Below, piece after piece: positions 1 through 13,247 of a stretch of DNA of 64,000 bases; position 1 is the first letter of the stretch; each line of letters begins with the position of its first letter. The DNA comes from Paraspadella gotoi (lineage: Eukaryota; Animalia; Chaetognatha), in the NCBI GenBank assembly GCA_051294375.1, contig CM119269.1, positions 13,114,790-13,178,789 of the forward strand. Direction: 5' to 3'. The translations under genes and the position numbers were made by a program. A model generated the notes under the pieces. The model searched no databases. It saw nothing but the letters and a program-made list of their open reading frames with translations, and was not told the DNA's origin.

Positions 1-3000
1 TTATTCACAGATCCTACACAGTGGGAAACATTGTGGTCGACCGTGCCGTCCCGTGTGGTTAACTGACGTGCTTCCCAAGCCCGGCCGGCGCCCGCCGGCA
101 TCGCCCACAACAATCCCCCTGTAACACTTTCTCAAAAGACCAGTAGAATGCAAACCTGTACGAGCACGACGAGAGTGGAGAGAATGGCAGCTCTTAACAT
201 GTTGTACTCGGCGGCGTCGTCCCACAAGTGAGGGAGGTACTGGACGAGGGCGGGAGCGTGTGGTCGAACCGCGAGTCCGATGCGTTCGACCACGAAGGAC
301 ACCACGTGCAGCACCTGCATCTTCGTGTCGCACTCTCGCACCTCCTTAAAGATCAAAACGAAGGAGAAAGATTGGGGAGGGGGTGAGATTGGACGAATGA
401 GACCCCCAATATGAAAGTCTGACTTACCTTGAGCAATCGCAGGAGCAGGACGAAGGCTGACTCGAGGTAAGGCACGAACTGCTCGGTGGTGAATTCGAAC
501 TCGTCGACGGCGACCTTGAGGGCGTTGGCGGCGGCGAGGCGAACCACGAGGTCTTCCTCGGGACGCATTGCTGTCAGCAGCGCCTCGTAAAGAGCCGGTC
601 TGAAAGACGAACGGGGGGGGGAAGGAAACATTAAACGGGGGTCATTTAAGAAACATCGCTGAACGGGAAGAGTCTAAGAGAACTAACCTGAGAGCAGCGG
701 AAAGCTTGACCCCGACCCATTGACCGAGGAGCCAAACGACTCTCCGTCTGATGACGCGGAATTTGGGATGAGGATTCTTGAGTTCCGCCGAGAGGAAAGT
801 CGAGAACCAAGAGTCGAAGTCGACCTCGTCGAAAAGGTCGTAAGATGCAAGACCTACCGCTGTGTACACCGCTTCTTTCTGTAATAAACATAATATAAAA
901 AAAATCATACATTCATTTGGTGAATAAGCGGTCTGGCCTACTAACTTCAAACTGGCTAATGGCAATGCTGGGTCCAAGGTCTCAATCCTTACAAGTTTAA
1001 AAATCAAGGCTATTTGACAGTATTTTATCAACCCCCAGATTATTGGATAAAACGACAGGATCGAAATCCTATTTTCTCATTTTCTGGATTAATGATTATC
1101 CAATAATTATCGTACCTGTAGCAACTTCGCGAGATCATCTTGATCGTTGAGAGGCGCCATCTGATCTCGCGCCATCGAGAGAAGAACCGGCGACAGCGTC
1201 TCTCGAAACTCGTGGAAAAGCGTGAGGAAGAGGACTTCGGTGCAGGGACGAAGCTGTGAAGGAAGAAGTTATTTTGACTTAATTTTCACAAACTTAATGT
1301 TTACAAACTCGATCACCATTTCGACTCACCTGAAACTTCCACGACTCTCCGCCTTCGTCGATGGCGAACTCCTCGGCGTCGTCTTCCCAATTCTCCAGAT
1401 CTTCCTCCGTCAACAGGAAGTAGTGCCCGACGAGACGTTGCACGACGCGCGTCAGAGTTTCCGGCGCGAAAAACTTTTCTTTGGCGGCCACGGCGTCGGT
1501 GGTCAATTTGGCCTTGGCCGCCTTGGCCTCTTCTGCGGAGGTCGAGGGCTGCGTTCGCAGCACGACCGGCTCGGAGTTCGAAGCATAACCAGATTTCGAC
1601 TTCGGAAATTTGTAATCTTCGCATCTGAAGGATGAAATGAAAAATAAAAATCGACATTATCATCGGTGACATCGAAAATTCCCTCGACTCACCTTAGGAT
1701 CGCTCGGAAGAGGTTGAGGCACTGGACGGCGAATCGCCTGAAGACAAAAGGTGCCGCAGCCTCCTCGAAGCAGAACTGCCCGACGAACTCGAGCGTCGGA
1801 GAGATCATTTCAACGAAGGCCAAAGGGTGCTGCTCTTGCATGTCAACCAACACCTTCGTCGCCAGAACGGTCAACTTCTCCAGCTTCTCCACCAGCGCCG
1901 CCCCAGCGTCGACGGCGGCCGCGTCGAGGCGGCGTCGACGAATCTGCAGCAGTCGACGCATGTGACCCAAGAGAGAGAAGAGCAAAGCCAACGCCTCCGG
2001 GATGGAAGACACGTCGGAGAATCCGTGGACGAGAAGTTTTCGAAGAATCTTACGAAGAAAAAAAAATAAATAAAAAAGGTGAAAAAAGTAGACAAATTTG
2101 ACAATCGACATTAATCCCGCAAAAAACCTTCAGGCTGAGGTTAGCTTTGTCCAGAATGATCAAAACGTCCGATGGTGGAATGCAATCTGAGGATGAAAAA
2201 TTCGTCATTTCTAATTTACTATTTTGTTTTATTCAGTCTAAAGACAAAGGATTAAAAACCGGGACAAACCGGGAAAATTAGGCGTTTCCATGAGTCGATA
2301 GACGCTCTCAATCGAGTGCGTCCACAAAGACAGGATTAGAGGGAAGATGTGAGTGGACAACTCTTGGAAGACCTTTCGATCCATCGCCAAACGTTTCGAC
2401 GCCATAGTCTTCGTCACCTGAAAAACCCAAACGTTTTAAAAGAGTTCGAAGATTTGGACATTTAAATTCATTTGTGATTTGAAAATGTTAAAAACATTAT
2501 TGATGGAGAAGCCAAGAGTCTTGATTGAAAGGTTGCAAGGTCTAGCTATGTTAATATCTTGTAAAACAAATGAATACATTAAACATTAAGCCGCGAAGCT
2601 TGTTTAATAATGTTTATTAAATGAATAGATCCCTTTTATATCGGTAGAACCAATTTCATATGAAAATGTTTTTAAAATTCATCACCTGATGCAACGTGAG
2701 CAGTCCTCGCTGCTGCACAATTCCCTCTTCCTCTTGACTCACTGCTTCGATCAAAGCGGGAACGAGCTCGGGCCACTGGCGCGGACAATCCAGACGGGCA
2801 ATCTTAGAGACCAGCACGGCCAATTGCACGGCGACCTTTGGAGGAATGAAATACTGACAGTAAATACAATCATTGTGACAATAGCTGGTTGCTACAAAAT
2901 GCAAATGAGATTAAAGATTTGAAAAAAAACAAAGCTTCAAATCAACTTAACACCACATCATCGAAAAAGATTTATTCCCCCATTCTCCTCCTTACTTGCG

Positions 3001-3371
3001 TGACCGGCTCGTTGAGAGTGAGCAGCAGTCTCTGTCTGAGGAGCTTTTTTTCCTCCTCGCCGATCGCGTTGGCTGCGGTTTTGCGCCAATAGCGGTCCAC
3101 GCCGTTCTTGAAGCAGAGAGTGGCCAGCCATCGCACGTTGATGTCGAGGGCGTGGTTGGAGACAACAGCCAAAAGCGTTGAGTAAAAACCAGGCTGTCCC
3201 TCCCACTCCTTGAGGCGAGCCTCTGCTGGTTTCAGCACTGAAGCGTCTTGACTCGACGCTCTATAATTGAAGAATATGGATAAGTTAACGCAAATTTATT
3301 TAGTAAAGATCGAAGTTAACTCACCTGGCGAGCGTTTCCAAGACGACCGGGAGAGCGGCGTCGACGTCCAT
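1..3371 (-). CDS. IPO11: Importin-11, multi-exon, 3' part outside the window
   Basis: Spliced N-terminus MDVDAALPVVLETLAR-ASSQDASVLKPAEARLKEWEGQPGFY...INVRWLATLCFKNGVDRYWRK matches the importin-beta N-terminal domain of IPO11. Later exons read RLDCPRQWPEL and VIRRRVVWLLGQWVGVK. Canonical GT-AG introns. Confidence 0.93.
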
Positions 3372-3679
3372 TTCGCTTCACGATCCTTCGATCTTAATTC
3401 TTTTGTTCTTCTCAGCTCCTCTCGATCGATGGTCGAGATGCGATGGCGACGAAGGAGACGTCGGCATCGCCTCTTCGCCGATTATTTGTTTCGTCGACGA
3501 CGGAAAAAAAAAAGAGGTAGCCGCGGGTCGAGGCGGGTCACGGTGCGGATATAAAAAGTTTTGAGCTTGGCACGTAGTTTCGAAGGGGGAAAAAAGCACA
3601 AGGGGATGGGAATAGTTCGGATCAAACTGTCTACATGACGCTTTTGCGACGTTTCTTGGACCGAGCGTAAATAGCGAAA

Positions 3680-3704
3680 CCGGAAGTGAAGGAAGGGGGC
3701 GTGG
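3680..3704. promoter_or_regulatory. ETS site (CCGGAAGTG) and GC/KLF box (GGGGCGTGG) upstream of IPO11
   Basis: Exact motifs about 310 bp upstream of the IPO11 ATG in a GC-rich patch, typical of a housekeeping promoter. Confidence 0.45.
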
Positions 3705-4192
3705 GAGGCGGCGCCGGACCACGCCGCATGACGAGGCGACAACGACGGTGGTTGACGTCTTTGTATTCACAAATGAGAAGGGAAATCGCGAAAGTTATCG
3801 ATTCCCAAACAAAATATTGACTAAAATTCTAAATTCAACGATTTTGTTTAAAAAAAAAAAGAAAAACCATAACAAGTAATCAACAATGTAAAGTATGAAT
3901 AACGACGTAAAAACAAAACAATTCGAAAATTCGACCATCTTTTTAAATGACTAGAAAGAGAAAAGTTCACCTCATTGGTTAATTGGTTAACATCAACACG
4001 CCCGATAAAGACGCAACATGATTCTAACCCAAAAAAAATTTAAACTAATTTTTATTTTCGTAGCATGTTAGCAACCACGTTTCCCCCCACTGTTATGAAG
4101 TTGTTAATTCTAGTAACGTATATTCCACAATCCATATGCATTATGCAACCGATGACCCCCGTCTTTCGGCGAGCTGAGGACTTTGATTCTCT

Positions 4193-7100
4193 TCACGCCC
4201 AGACGTCCTGTAGGTAACGACGATCGTCCCTCATGGCGGCGAGATGCTGCATCGCCGCCATCTTGGTCGTCGAGGGCCGCGACATAAGCGCCTCCACCAA
4301 CGCCTCGTGAACGTTGCGCGCCATGTGTCTGCAAGGTCAAAAGACGTGATTTATAACATGTTCGTGAATCTACTCACTTTATTGTGAAGTGAAGCTTCAA
4401 TCCTTACTTAGCATCGCCACAGACGAATATCATGGCGTCGGGTCGCGAGATTAACTCGGATACTTCCTCCTTGAGTTCGACGATGCGATGTTGTACGTAT
4501 TTGACTGGAGTCTGTGTGGAACCGCCCTCCGGCAACGAAGCAGCTGCGGGAGACGCGACAGCTGAAGCCATGACAGCAGTGGAGGCTAAACCCGAGGCCG
4601 TTGAAACGGAGTCTTCGGTTCTTGTGGTGGCGGAAACCAAATCGCGGGAAAAAGAAGTCAGGAAGCGAGAGAGGACTCCGACGCGATGTAACCGTTCTAG
4701 TTCCTCCTAAATTGATAACAGTTAATATATAATTATAATTATATATATAATTAATACATAATTATCTTTTCCTGATCATCGCAAGTCATTCTTAAGTAGA
4801 AGCCAACAAAACTAACCCTGTAAAGAAAATCCTTTTCTTTGTGCCGACAACCAAAAAATAGCCAAGTTTCGCCGACATCTTCGGGAGACAAGTTTGCATC
4901 AGCAATAAGTCGTTCTCTGAAAAAAATAGCAAGAAAGAAATACTCACTAAAACATACATACTAAAACATTCTTTAATATAAATAATCTCCCTTCGCTCAC
5001 CGATGCTGTAGAAAACCGAGGAAGGGCGCGACTCCTGTGCCGGGTCCGATCATCATCAGCGGCCGAGCGAGGTCGTCGGGATGTCGAAAGTTGGAGTTGG
5101 CTCGACGGAAGACGAGGAGCGACGGAAGCGGCGTCGATGGCGGATCGATGTTGGAGATCGACAGCGACGAGATAGACGGACACTCGGCGTTGTCATCGAA
5201 TAACGGAGCGCCCTGGTGTTGTTGAAGGTAAGTTTGAACTTCAAGATTATTAGTCGGCGTCAAAATCAACGTTATATGTACCTGTAGTTGATGTTCCTTT
5301 GTGACCGAATCCAAAAATCCGGTACAAAGTCCTTTACGTGGTCGGAAGACGTGATATTCATTGTCGGAATGTTCGACTATGTTGAAAACGAAGTGAACAA
5401 ATCCGGATGTGCGCATTGGAGACGACGACATCGAATACGACCGTGCCTGAAGTCTGAACGATTCGCAACAAATTTCAGAAGGGAGAGAGTAAGAGAGAGA
5501 GAGAGAGAGAGAGAGAGAACGCCCGACCTTGGCAGTTGTTCCACGAGCTTTTCGATAGGAGGACGAATCGCTGGAAAAGCTCCCAAGATATCGATAAATC
5601 CGAGTCCAGGTTGACGAATGAAAGCGTCGAAGTCTTTGGCGCCCTGACCAATGGAAGACCCTTTTTAGTGGGAAGCAGTTGACCGATACACGACGGCGCA
5701 TTCGATTTACTTAAAGAGTTGGTCACCTGCTTGCTGGAGAGTTCGAGGAGACGTCGTTTCTGGCCTTCATCGTGACAACATTCGGCCATCGATCTCAAAA
5801 GGGCTTTCTTTGGGAGAACACGAATGTCGAGTAGGTCCTGAACGAGATGCCTGAAGGGTAATTGGGTAAAGGTTAAAAATAAGTAGATCATGGGCAACAG
5901 GTAAAACGAAAAAACGAGCTTAACCTGGCTGTGACCGGGTCAGGAACGAAAGGCGGCACCTCCGCCTTGGCCTTTCCCGAGTCGGGGATGAGCTCCAAAG
6001 AGAAGGGCGTGTCATGACCGTCGCTGGTCGCGTCTCCACCACCGTCGTTCCCAGTGGGACGCAATCTCTCCAAAACGAACTCGACCTCGGGCGCCGTGTT
6101 GTGGACGACGACGCCGAAAGCGTCTCCAGGTGTCATGTCGCGCATGGAGGTACCGCTGGAGTCTAGGCAAACGTCCAATGCGGTCTTGACGGCGTCGTCT
6201 GACGTGAGTCGCCAACACTGGAGTTGGTAGAGAATGACATTATCGTTGTTGCTGTCATTGATGACATTAAGAACAAAAAAATAACATGAAGAAACCTGTC
6301 GAATCGGAACGGAGAAAACTTCAGACATCGCCGATGGAAACGAGGCTCCGTTATGCGGTACGGCCGGGGTCGTAAAAACTGCATCGCGGCGCCACTGTAC
6401 GCACAAATAGGGAATCGGCGTCGACGGAACGGAGAGAGACGCCGAGTTGAGCGGCGCCACCGAACGCGTCAAGGTCGGAAAGGCTGGCGATGTCGGGGCG
6501 TCTGCTTCTGTCACAGAAGGAGCGTTGGTCGAAGTCGAGTCGTCTTCGGTGCTGGAGATCTCCGTCGTGTGAAGATTTTGTCCAAGCGCCGTCCAAAGAC
6601 CTTCGATCCAAGGATCACACACGATGTCCAAACCCACGGCGTCGTCAGCCCATGCCGGGGGATAAAACGGCACCGCTCCCAATTCCTTTTAAAGTAATAG
6701 CGAACGTTGTTAATACTACAGATGTGGGAAAAGTCCTATCTATCACACCTCTAATCTTTTATTGAATTCTTTAGGGCAATTGCAAAAGTTGGTGTAGTTA
6801 GTATCGCCCAGTCCGAGGATAGTGTATTGGAGGTGAGAAAGGTGATTCTGGAAAGTGAAACAAGATGCTTTAGGACTTGAAGGTAGTTGTATTTTTCATC
6901 AAGTGAATGTCGTCTTTTAATTGCTTCGGCTTATGGCAGTTTTAATTTTCAACGATTTGACAATCGACATTTTAAAAAGGAAAAAATCTCATCTCCATAA
7001 GGAAAGTTGCAATCGCATAAAAAAAAAAATCTGGACCGATAAACTTTGATAGACAAAAAATCTAATTTGATACAGGAAAACTAAGTTTTATACATAACAA

Positions 7101-8674
7101 TCATGGCTTAATACATAAAAAGCTTTAACAAAAAATGAGGTACAATGATATGATAGAAATAATAAAAATTAAAAAAAAAATTAAAATAAAAAATCTTAAA
7201 AGCATAAGGATCGTCGCAATCGCATAAGAAAAATCTGGATTGACAACAAATTTTGATACTAAAAAAATCAAATTTGAGAAAAGAAAATTAATTTATAAAC
7301 AGAAAGAAAAAAAGAATAATAAATATAAAACAGTAAAATAACTTATTTTCGAGTTTAATTTTTAGCAAGTGCTAAGTCTGGAGAAACATTATTGAAAGTA
7401 CTTTTGTTTTACTTTTAGCCCGCATAAGCGAGCAGTTTGATCGAATGCGACCTCTCTAAACACTGACAACATTCCCAGACAAAAGACAAAGTGAAACTTC
7501 AATCAGACTGACGAAGTGAAGTAAAGACTAAAGTGAAGTAAAATGAAATAAAATAATAAAGTAAATATATATTAAAAAAAATATTATTCTGATTGATATT
7601 TAGAATATTTAGGAAAAAAAATCCACGAAAATCTTGGATGTAAATTTGGGAATAAATGGCGATAAAAGTTTTTAGAGGGAAAAAATTCATCACGGAGAGA
7701 GAGAGAGAGAGAAAAAAAGAAAGAAATCAAAAGGCAGCAGCAGAAGCAGCAGGAAAAAAGAGAGAAAAAGAATAAGCCCCTGCAGAGCCAGCTGCAGAGA
7801 AAGAAATCAAAAGGCAGCAGCAGAAGCAGCAGGAGAAAAAAGAGAAAAACAATAAGCCCCTGCAGAGCCAGCTGCAGACTCGTTTTTCTTCCCTTTCTCT
7901 ATGAATCAGTGACTAGGGAAAAGAGAGAGGGAGAGAGACATGTAATTAAAAGAAAAAAGAGAGAGAAAGAAATATAAAAATAAAAGAGAGAAAATTTGTT
8001 TGTTTTGATAAAACGTAAACAAAACATTTAATAACTGTCCAGACTCAATTTTAAGCACATCGATGATGAGAAGCTGTATATAAATTTTCAGCTTCATACA
8101 CCCAAATTTAATCATAAAAAAGGCGATCTATAATTTGGAACGCCGCCGACAACAACGCCGACGACGACGACAACGACGACGCCGACGCCACTTATGCGCA
8201 AAAGCGTTACAATATTGTCGCAAACGCTAAGCGATTGCGACGATAAAAAGCTGAAAGTGAACAAAAAATAAATGGAAAACTGTTCTTGTTTCAATACTTT
8301 TTCGCCTAAGTTTAGTAAGTTTACCTTCTTCAAAGCCTTGTTCTTAATTTTCCGCAAAAACTTGGCGGCATTGTCCGGTGGTTCCCCCTCTCCCGTCGAG
8401 GAACAGATTAGAACAAAGAGTTGCTCTTTCTTTAAATCAAAAGCAGCGTCGACGCCGTCGGCGCACTGGACGTCCGCCTTCAAACCGCGCGACGCCGCTT
8501 TGTCCGCGATGTCCTCGGCAATGGCTTTGGCTTGGCCCGTTTGCGATCCGTAGACAAGCAGAAACCTGGAAGGACAAACAAAAAAGTTAAGCCGTAAGTA
8601 GTAACTACATATTAAGTTTTTCTGCTTACTTACCTTTTCTCCACTCCCGCTGGAGCCTTGGGAGTTAATCTCAT
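4193..8674 (-). CDS. MTRR: Methionine synthase reductase (diflavin FMN/FAD/NADPH oxidoreductase), multi-exon
   Basis: [33 protein letters not shown] (flavodoxin start), [62 protein letters not shown]-terminus RYLQDVWA*. Confidence 0.92.
7210..8244. mobile_element. Probable non-autonomous HINE/Helentron-like or MITE insertion in an MTRR intron
   Basis: 14-bp perfect inverted repeat ATCGTCGCAATCGC (7210-7223) / GCGATTGCGACGAT (8231-8244), a terminal hairpin, a (GAC/GCC)n microsatellite at ~8141-8190 and an internal 2x80-bp tandem repeat. Confidence 0.5.
7719..7878. repeat. Two near-identical 80-bp tandem units
   Basis: GAAAGAAATCAAAAGGCAGCAGCAGAAGCAGCAGG...AATAAGCCCCTGCAGAGCCAGCTGCAGA starts at 7719 and again at 7799. 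Confidence 0.9.
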
Positions 8675-10173
8675 TATATTATTTTTCTTTCAGGACAGCA
8701 TTGTTGTTCAAACGATAACTGACTGATGGGTAAATTACACATAGTGAACTTTACGGAAATAGGCGGTATCTTACAAATAGAAACTTTTTAAAATTTCGCT
8801 TCAAGACATTTTAACAAAAGTTCCGACTTCGACATTTCGTCCATCCCTTTTTCTCGATCACGCGGAATTTTTAGAGAGAGCGAATCACAATTGTGGAAGT
8901 TTATGTAAGGTGAAAGTGACATTTTCTAGTCCGGGGGATAAAAACGGATAGAAAAAAACATTTCTAACCCAGTTTATAGGATATACATTTAGCGTGATAA
9001 ACGAATCTCTCGTGCTTTCAACTACATTGACAAAATAAAAAATTCAATTTAACTGCGCTTCACCAATCAATTTTTAAAATATTTACAGATCACCGCAACG
9101 CTATGTACCATACGATCATATTGCTAACAGATGTTAGATGTTTAAATTGAAATTTAAAAAAAATTTTTTGATCAAAAAGGTGGGAATAGCAAAGATTAGA
9201 TTAGGATCTTAAGTTGAAAATTAATGGATAATCAACTTCCAAAATCATAATAGGTAAAATTTACACCAAAACGTTAATCGTTCGACCGTATGCATAGCTA
9301 ATACCATAACATTATGCCTACACCAAGAATTAAAAAAAATTTCACATGACGTTATGAATATAAAGTTAAGACTAGTAACTCAATGTAATGTCTATTTGGA
9401 TCTCAGAAATTTGTGGAGCTAACTAGTAAAATACGTATTTGAAAGCACTTCATACAAAACATGTGTTAACACAAACCAAGCTTACTTGAAAGTCGACCAG
9501 TAATGATCAACATTTACTGTACACTCTCATAATATGAACGACCTCAAAAACATAATAGGAAAGCGGTGGATTTATGAGAAACATTTTACTATAAAATCTC
9601 GCAACTAAATTAATGCCACCTGTAAAAGCCGTATAAATCAATAAGAATTTTGTCAAATCTAGCAAAAGCGCTATTAGAAAAACTTTCTGTGACAATAATA
9701 AATATTTAAAAATATAATAACAACTGAAAGCGAAAAAAAAGATAAGATCATGCGAGTCAGTTTGTTCAAAAACCTTCAAAAGATATCAATGGCCGATTCA
9801 AAAAGAAGCAACAAAGCAGAGAATCACAGAGAATCAATGAAGCGGCACGGAAAATCAGTTTCATCGTTAACACCCCTTAATAATGATAAAAATAAAAAAA
9901 ACCTGGGTTCGCATCAGCCATTAATATCTTTCTTAGCGCAACAACAGCCCCACAAATTTCTTAAAAAAAACAAAAATCGTAAAGGCGGAATAGTTAATGT
10001 CACGACGCTTATGTACCCCCAAATATTTCCCCATAGCAAAAATTTCTCGTCTTTCCAGGCGTCGCTTTATATTTTTTCCGATTCGGTCGTTAAAACACAG
10101 GGAATCATCGCGAAATATGAAGAGCATTAGAACTTTGTACAACGGGCGCGTTTGGTCGGTGCCAACGTTATTC

Positions 10174-13100
10174 TCACAAGAGGTACTCTCTGTCCTCGCT
10201 GGCTTCGGAATCTTTTAGGCTCGGCATGAGCTGATTCAGTTTGGACTCAATGAGGGACCGCTTGGCGGAGAGGCCTCCGCCCGGTGGGAGTCCCTCGATC
10301 TCTTCCGCGGAAAGCATGTGCATCACGTACGGGAGGTCGATGTCGTTCATTTCCACAGAATTTACGATTTCCTGGGTTGATAGTTGGATTATGATAATAT
10401 TAAAACAGGTTACGTGACTTCGTAGCTTTTATTTCACCTGGATCTTGTTCTCCAGCCTCGTATCCAAATCCTTTTCCCTGTCAATAGCTTCCTGTGAGAC
10501 AGTCGGAGCTCCGCCAAACGCTAGGATGATGACAGACATGTTATCTCTGCTACCTTTGTATAGGCACGTGTCCACGACCTGCAGCAAGAGAAGAAAGACG
10601 TAACTATTTTTTCTATACATTTGAGACGACTTAGGATCGGTCAACCTCTCTAAACTTTCCTCAGGAGAGAGCTCATCTCATGTAATAGAAGTAGAAAAGA
10701 AGTGAGACGAGCTCTCTCCTGATCCATTTTTCTCATCGCCCGGACCAACTTGACCTTACGATCTCATCGGCCCTATTACTGTGTCCGGTCAATCTAAGGT
10801 CATTGCCAAAGTTAGGGCAAGGTGACCGTGGGAATTGACCGGCTCGAAGGAAAAGGAGAGAGGAAGGTTTAGAGAGGGTGACCGATCGTAAGTCGCCTCA
10901 CATTAATTATTAATTAATCTATGGCTTTAGTGCTAGACAAAAACGAGTCCTCGAAATATTTTACAAGTCGCAACAACGTCTATCTTCGAAGAATCGGTTA
11001 CCCCAGATCTTTTGGCACAGAATGAGTCATCGATGAATCCAAACGAACTGAGCTTAAAATAACATCGATGACTTGAGAACCCGCAGGAAACTCAATCGGT
11101 ACATTACGTATGAACATTGCGTAAAAAAGTTTTTTCCTAGTCGACGATGAAGAAAGGTGGAAGAGAAAGCTTTCAAAATCAATAAACCCGTATTGTAAAG
11201 ACAAGTATGTATGTATGTCAAGTCTCAATAGATTGAGAAGCGAGTCAAAAGGTAATCAGAATCCCCCAGAATTGGTTTTAGTAACAAGAGGCGAAGGACA
11301 TTTGCTGAGATCCTTTTATCATAGAAACTTGGTATTAAATTTAGTTATGTCTATTTTTAATAAAAATATTAAATTAAAATAATATATTTAAACGTTAACT
11401 GACAAATCTGACTCAAGAATTCAATTTTATCACAAGGGACCTGATTGGCGACGTCAGTGAGATCGTTGGTGAGTCTCATTCTGGAGCTGACGAAATCTGC
11501 CAACTCTTCGTTGGCCATGACATCCCAGATTCCGTCGCAGGCGAGGACGACGAATTGGTCACCCTGGAGATCCCGATCGATGATAGAGACCTCGGGTTCT
11601 GGTGAGACGAGCTGCTCGCAGGGTCCCTTACCCTCAACCTGCTTGTACTCGTAATCGCCTAAGGCCCGGCTAACGGCCAGCGAACCGTTAACTCGTTGGA
11701 TCATGACCGTACCACCGGCGTTCTGGATACGTTCCTTTTCCGCCGGGTTAACCTAAATCGCGGAGGTAGTTAGTAAAGTAGGAAGGAGTGGCCATTGCAC
11801 GGGAATTTGGTCTTACGGGTTTATGATCCTGCGTAGTAAAGTAAACTTGGCTGTTTCGCACCAACATCCCTCGAGAATCCCCGCAATTCCCGAAGTAAAT
11901 TTTGTAAGGACTGACCAACGCACAAATCGCGGTAGAACCCGATCTGTCACACGAAAAGATACTTTAGCGCTTACCGAAACATTGGATTTTGGAGACCAGA
12001 ATTTCTGGGCGAACGATATAAGATTTTTTTATTAATTGAAATAAATCAGCATACCTGTCTTCTCCTGATACCATCTCCGGCATTTCTCTCATCTTCTCAT
12101 CAAGAACTAAGAATCCGTTACGAATGCCGGCCTGTCAACGACGAAAAATTAGTGTTTGAGCTTCAACATATTTTTCAAGCTGTAAATCCAACTTTTTAAA
12201 GTTAAAACCAATCATTTGATTGGTTGACATTATGTGCAAATCCTTTATTTTTTGTTGTGTTTGTAGATAAGACAGTTTAATTATTGGCAACAACAATTTT
12301 ATTTTCAAAAGACGAACATGTTTCGGCTCAGGATTCGAGCCTTCATCAGCGTCAAACTTTGAAAATAAAAAAATAAACTTTTGAAAATAAAATTGTTGTT
12401 GCCAATAATTAAACTGTCTTGTAAACCAATCATTAAAATGTTGCAAAATAATATATTTAAGGTTAGTACAACAAGAGTAATTTAATCGTTAAGAAAGATT
12501 ATTTTGTAATTACAACTTGATAAAAAATTAAAAGGGACAAAAAAGTTTGTAATGTTAAGTGCTTTATACCACATATTCTAGGCGATTGACGGAATGTCAA
12601 TATGGTCAGAGTTATTGACAATCTGATTATTATCTCTACCGTGTGATAATTTCATTGCCGTGTTAGAGAGTGACGAAAAAAATATGCAGTGGATAGATTC
12701 TATTCATGATCTATTCAGCGATTTCAATTAAATTAGCCCGGTTTTAAAGTTTTCAAATCTTTGTATTTACCGTTGTCTCGTTAAAAATACAAAACAACAG
12801 TCCATACTGTACCTTGACGATATCTTCCGACGCGCTTGAGCTTACAGTAGTAGAGTTTTTGGTTTCAATATCGTTACTGAGTGTTTCAGCGTTTATTTTT
12901 ATGGCTTTCTTGAAGTCATCTGTAGCACTTATCGACTCGAGCAAATGTTCGGCACAATGTTTAGACACTTTAGAGCCGGCGTGGCCATCGAAGACGGCGA
13001 AAAAGCTCCAGTCGTTCAGTCCGATGGAGCTGAGACTGAGGATAGCTCTGAAAAAGTTAAAAAAGGAATTGATTGATTGATACGCCCTTCTAAATATAAT

Positions 13101-13247
13101 TTAAATTTCATTCCCGATTACTCACGAGTGGGCGTCTTCCATTTCGACGCGCCACCCCTGCATGGAGGACAAGCCGTATTTGATACCGTTGCCTTCACCG
13201 TCTTCATTGTGTTTTTCCGTCTTCGGCTTATCCAGGAAGGCACCCAT
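10174..13247 (-). CDS. PPM1A: Protein phosphatase 1A/1B (PP2C), multi-exon
   Basis: [13 protein letters not shown] (myristoylation-type start), [70 protein letters not shown] and the C-terminal LPPGGGL domain. An invertebrate co-ortholog of PPM1A and PPM1B. Confidence 0.93.
10622..10900. mobile_element. 279-bp MITE with 41-bp TIRs and a 4-bp TSD (CATT)
   Basis: 10622-10662 is the reverse complement of 10860-10900 with 4 mismatches. TG...CA ends, CATT flanking both sides, and an internal hairpin TCAGGAGAGAGCTC...GAGCTCTCTCCTGA. Confidence 0.8.
12311..12353 (-). ncRNA. Minimal type I hammerhead ribozyme motif (Penelope-like element/retrozyme type)
   Basis: Minus strand reads GACG-CUGAUGA-A-GGCUC-GAAUCCU-GAGCC-GAAA-C-AU-G-U-U-CGUC: complete core, stem I GACG/CGUC, stem II GGCUC/GAGCC and a palindromic minimal stem III. 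Confidence 0.75.

Noticed and set aside
56-95. CCCAAGCCCGG twister-like loop
   Set aside because: Lacks the 5' strand of P4 and any GAGGG partner.
3371-13247. PPM1-MTRR-IPO11 as a trans-spliced operon
   Set aside because: Spacing is 0.8-1.5 kb and IPO11 has its own ETS/GC-box promoter motifs; no spliced-leader evidence is visible.
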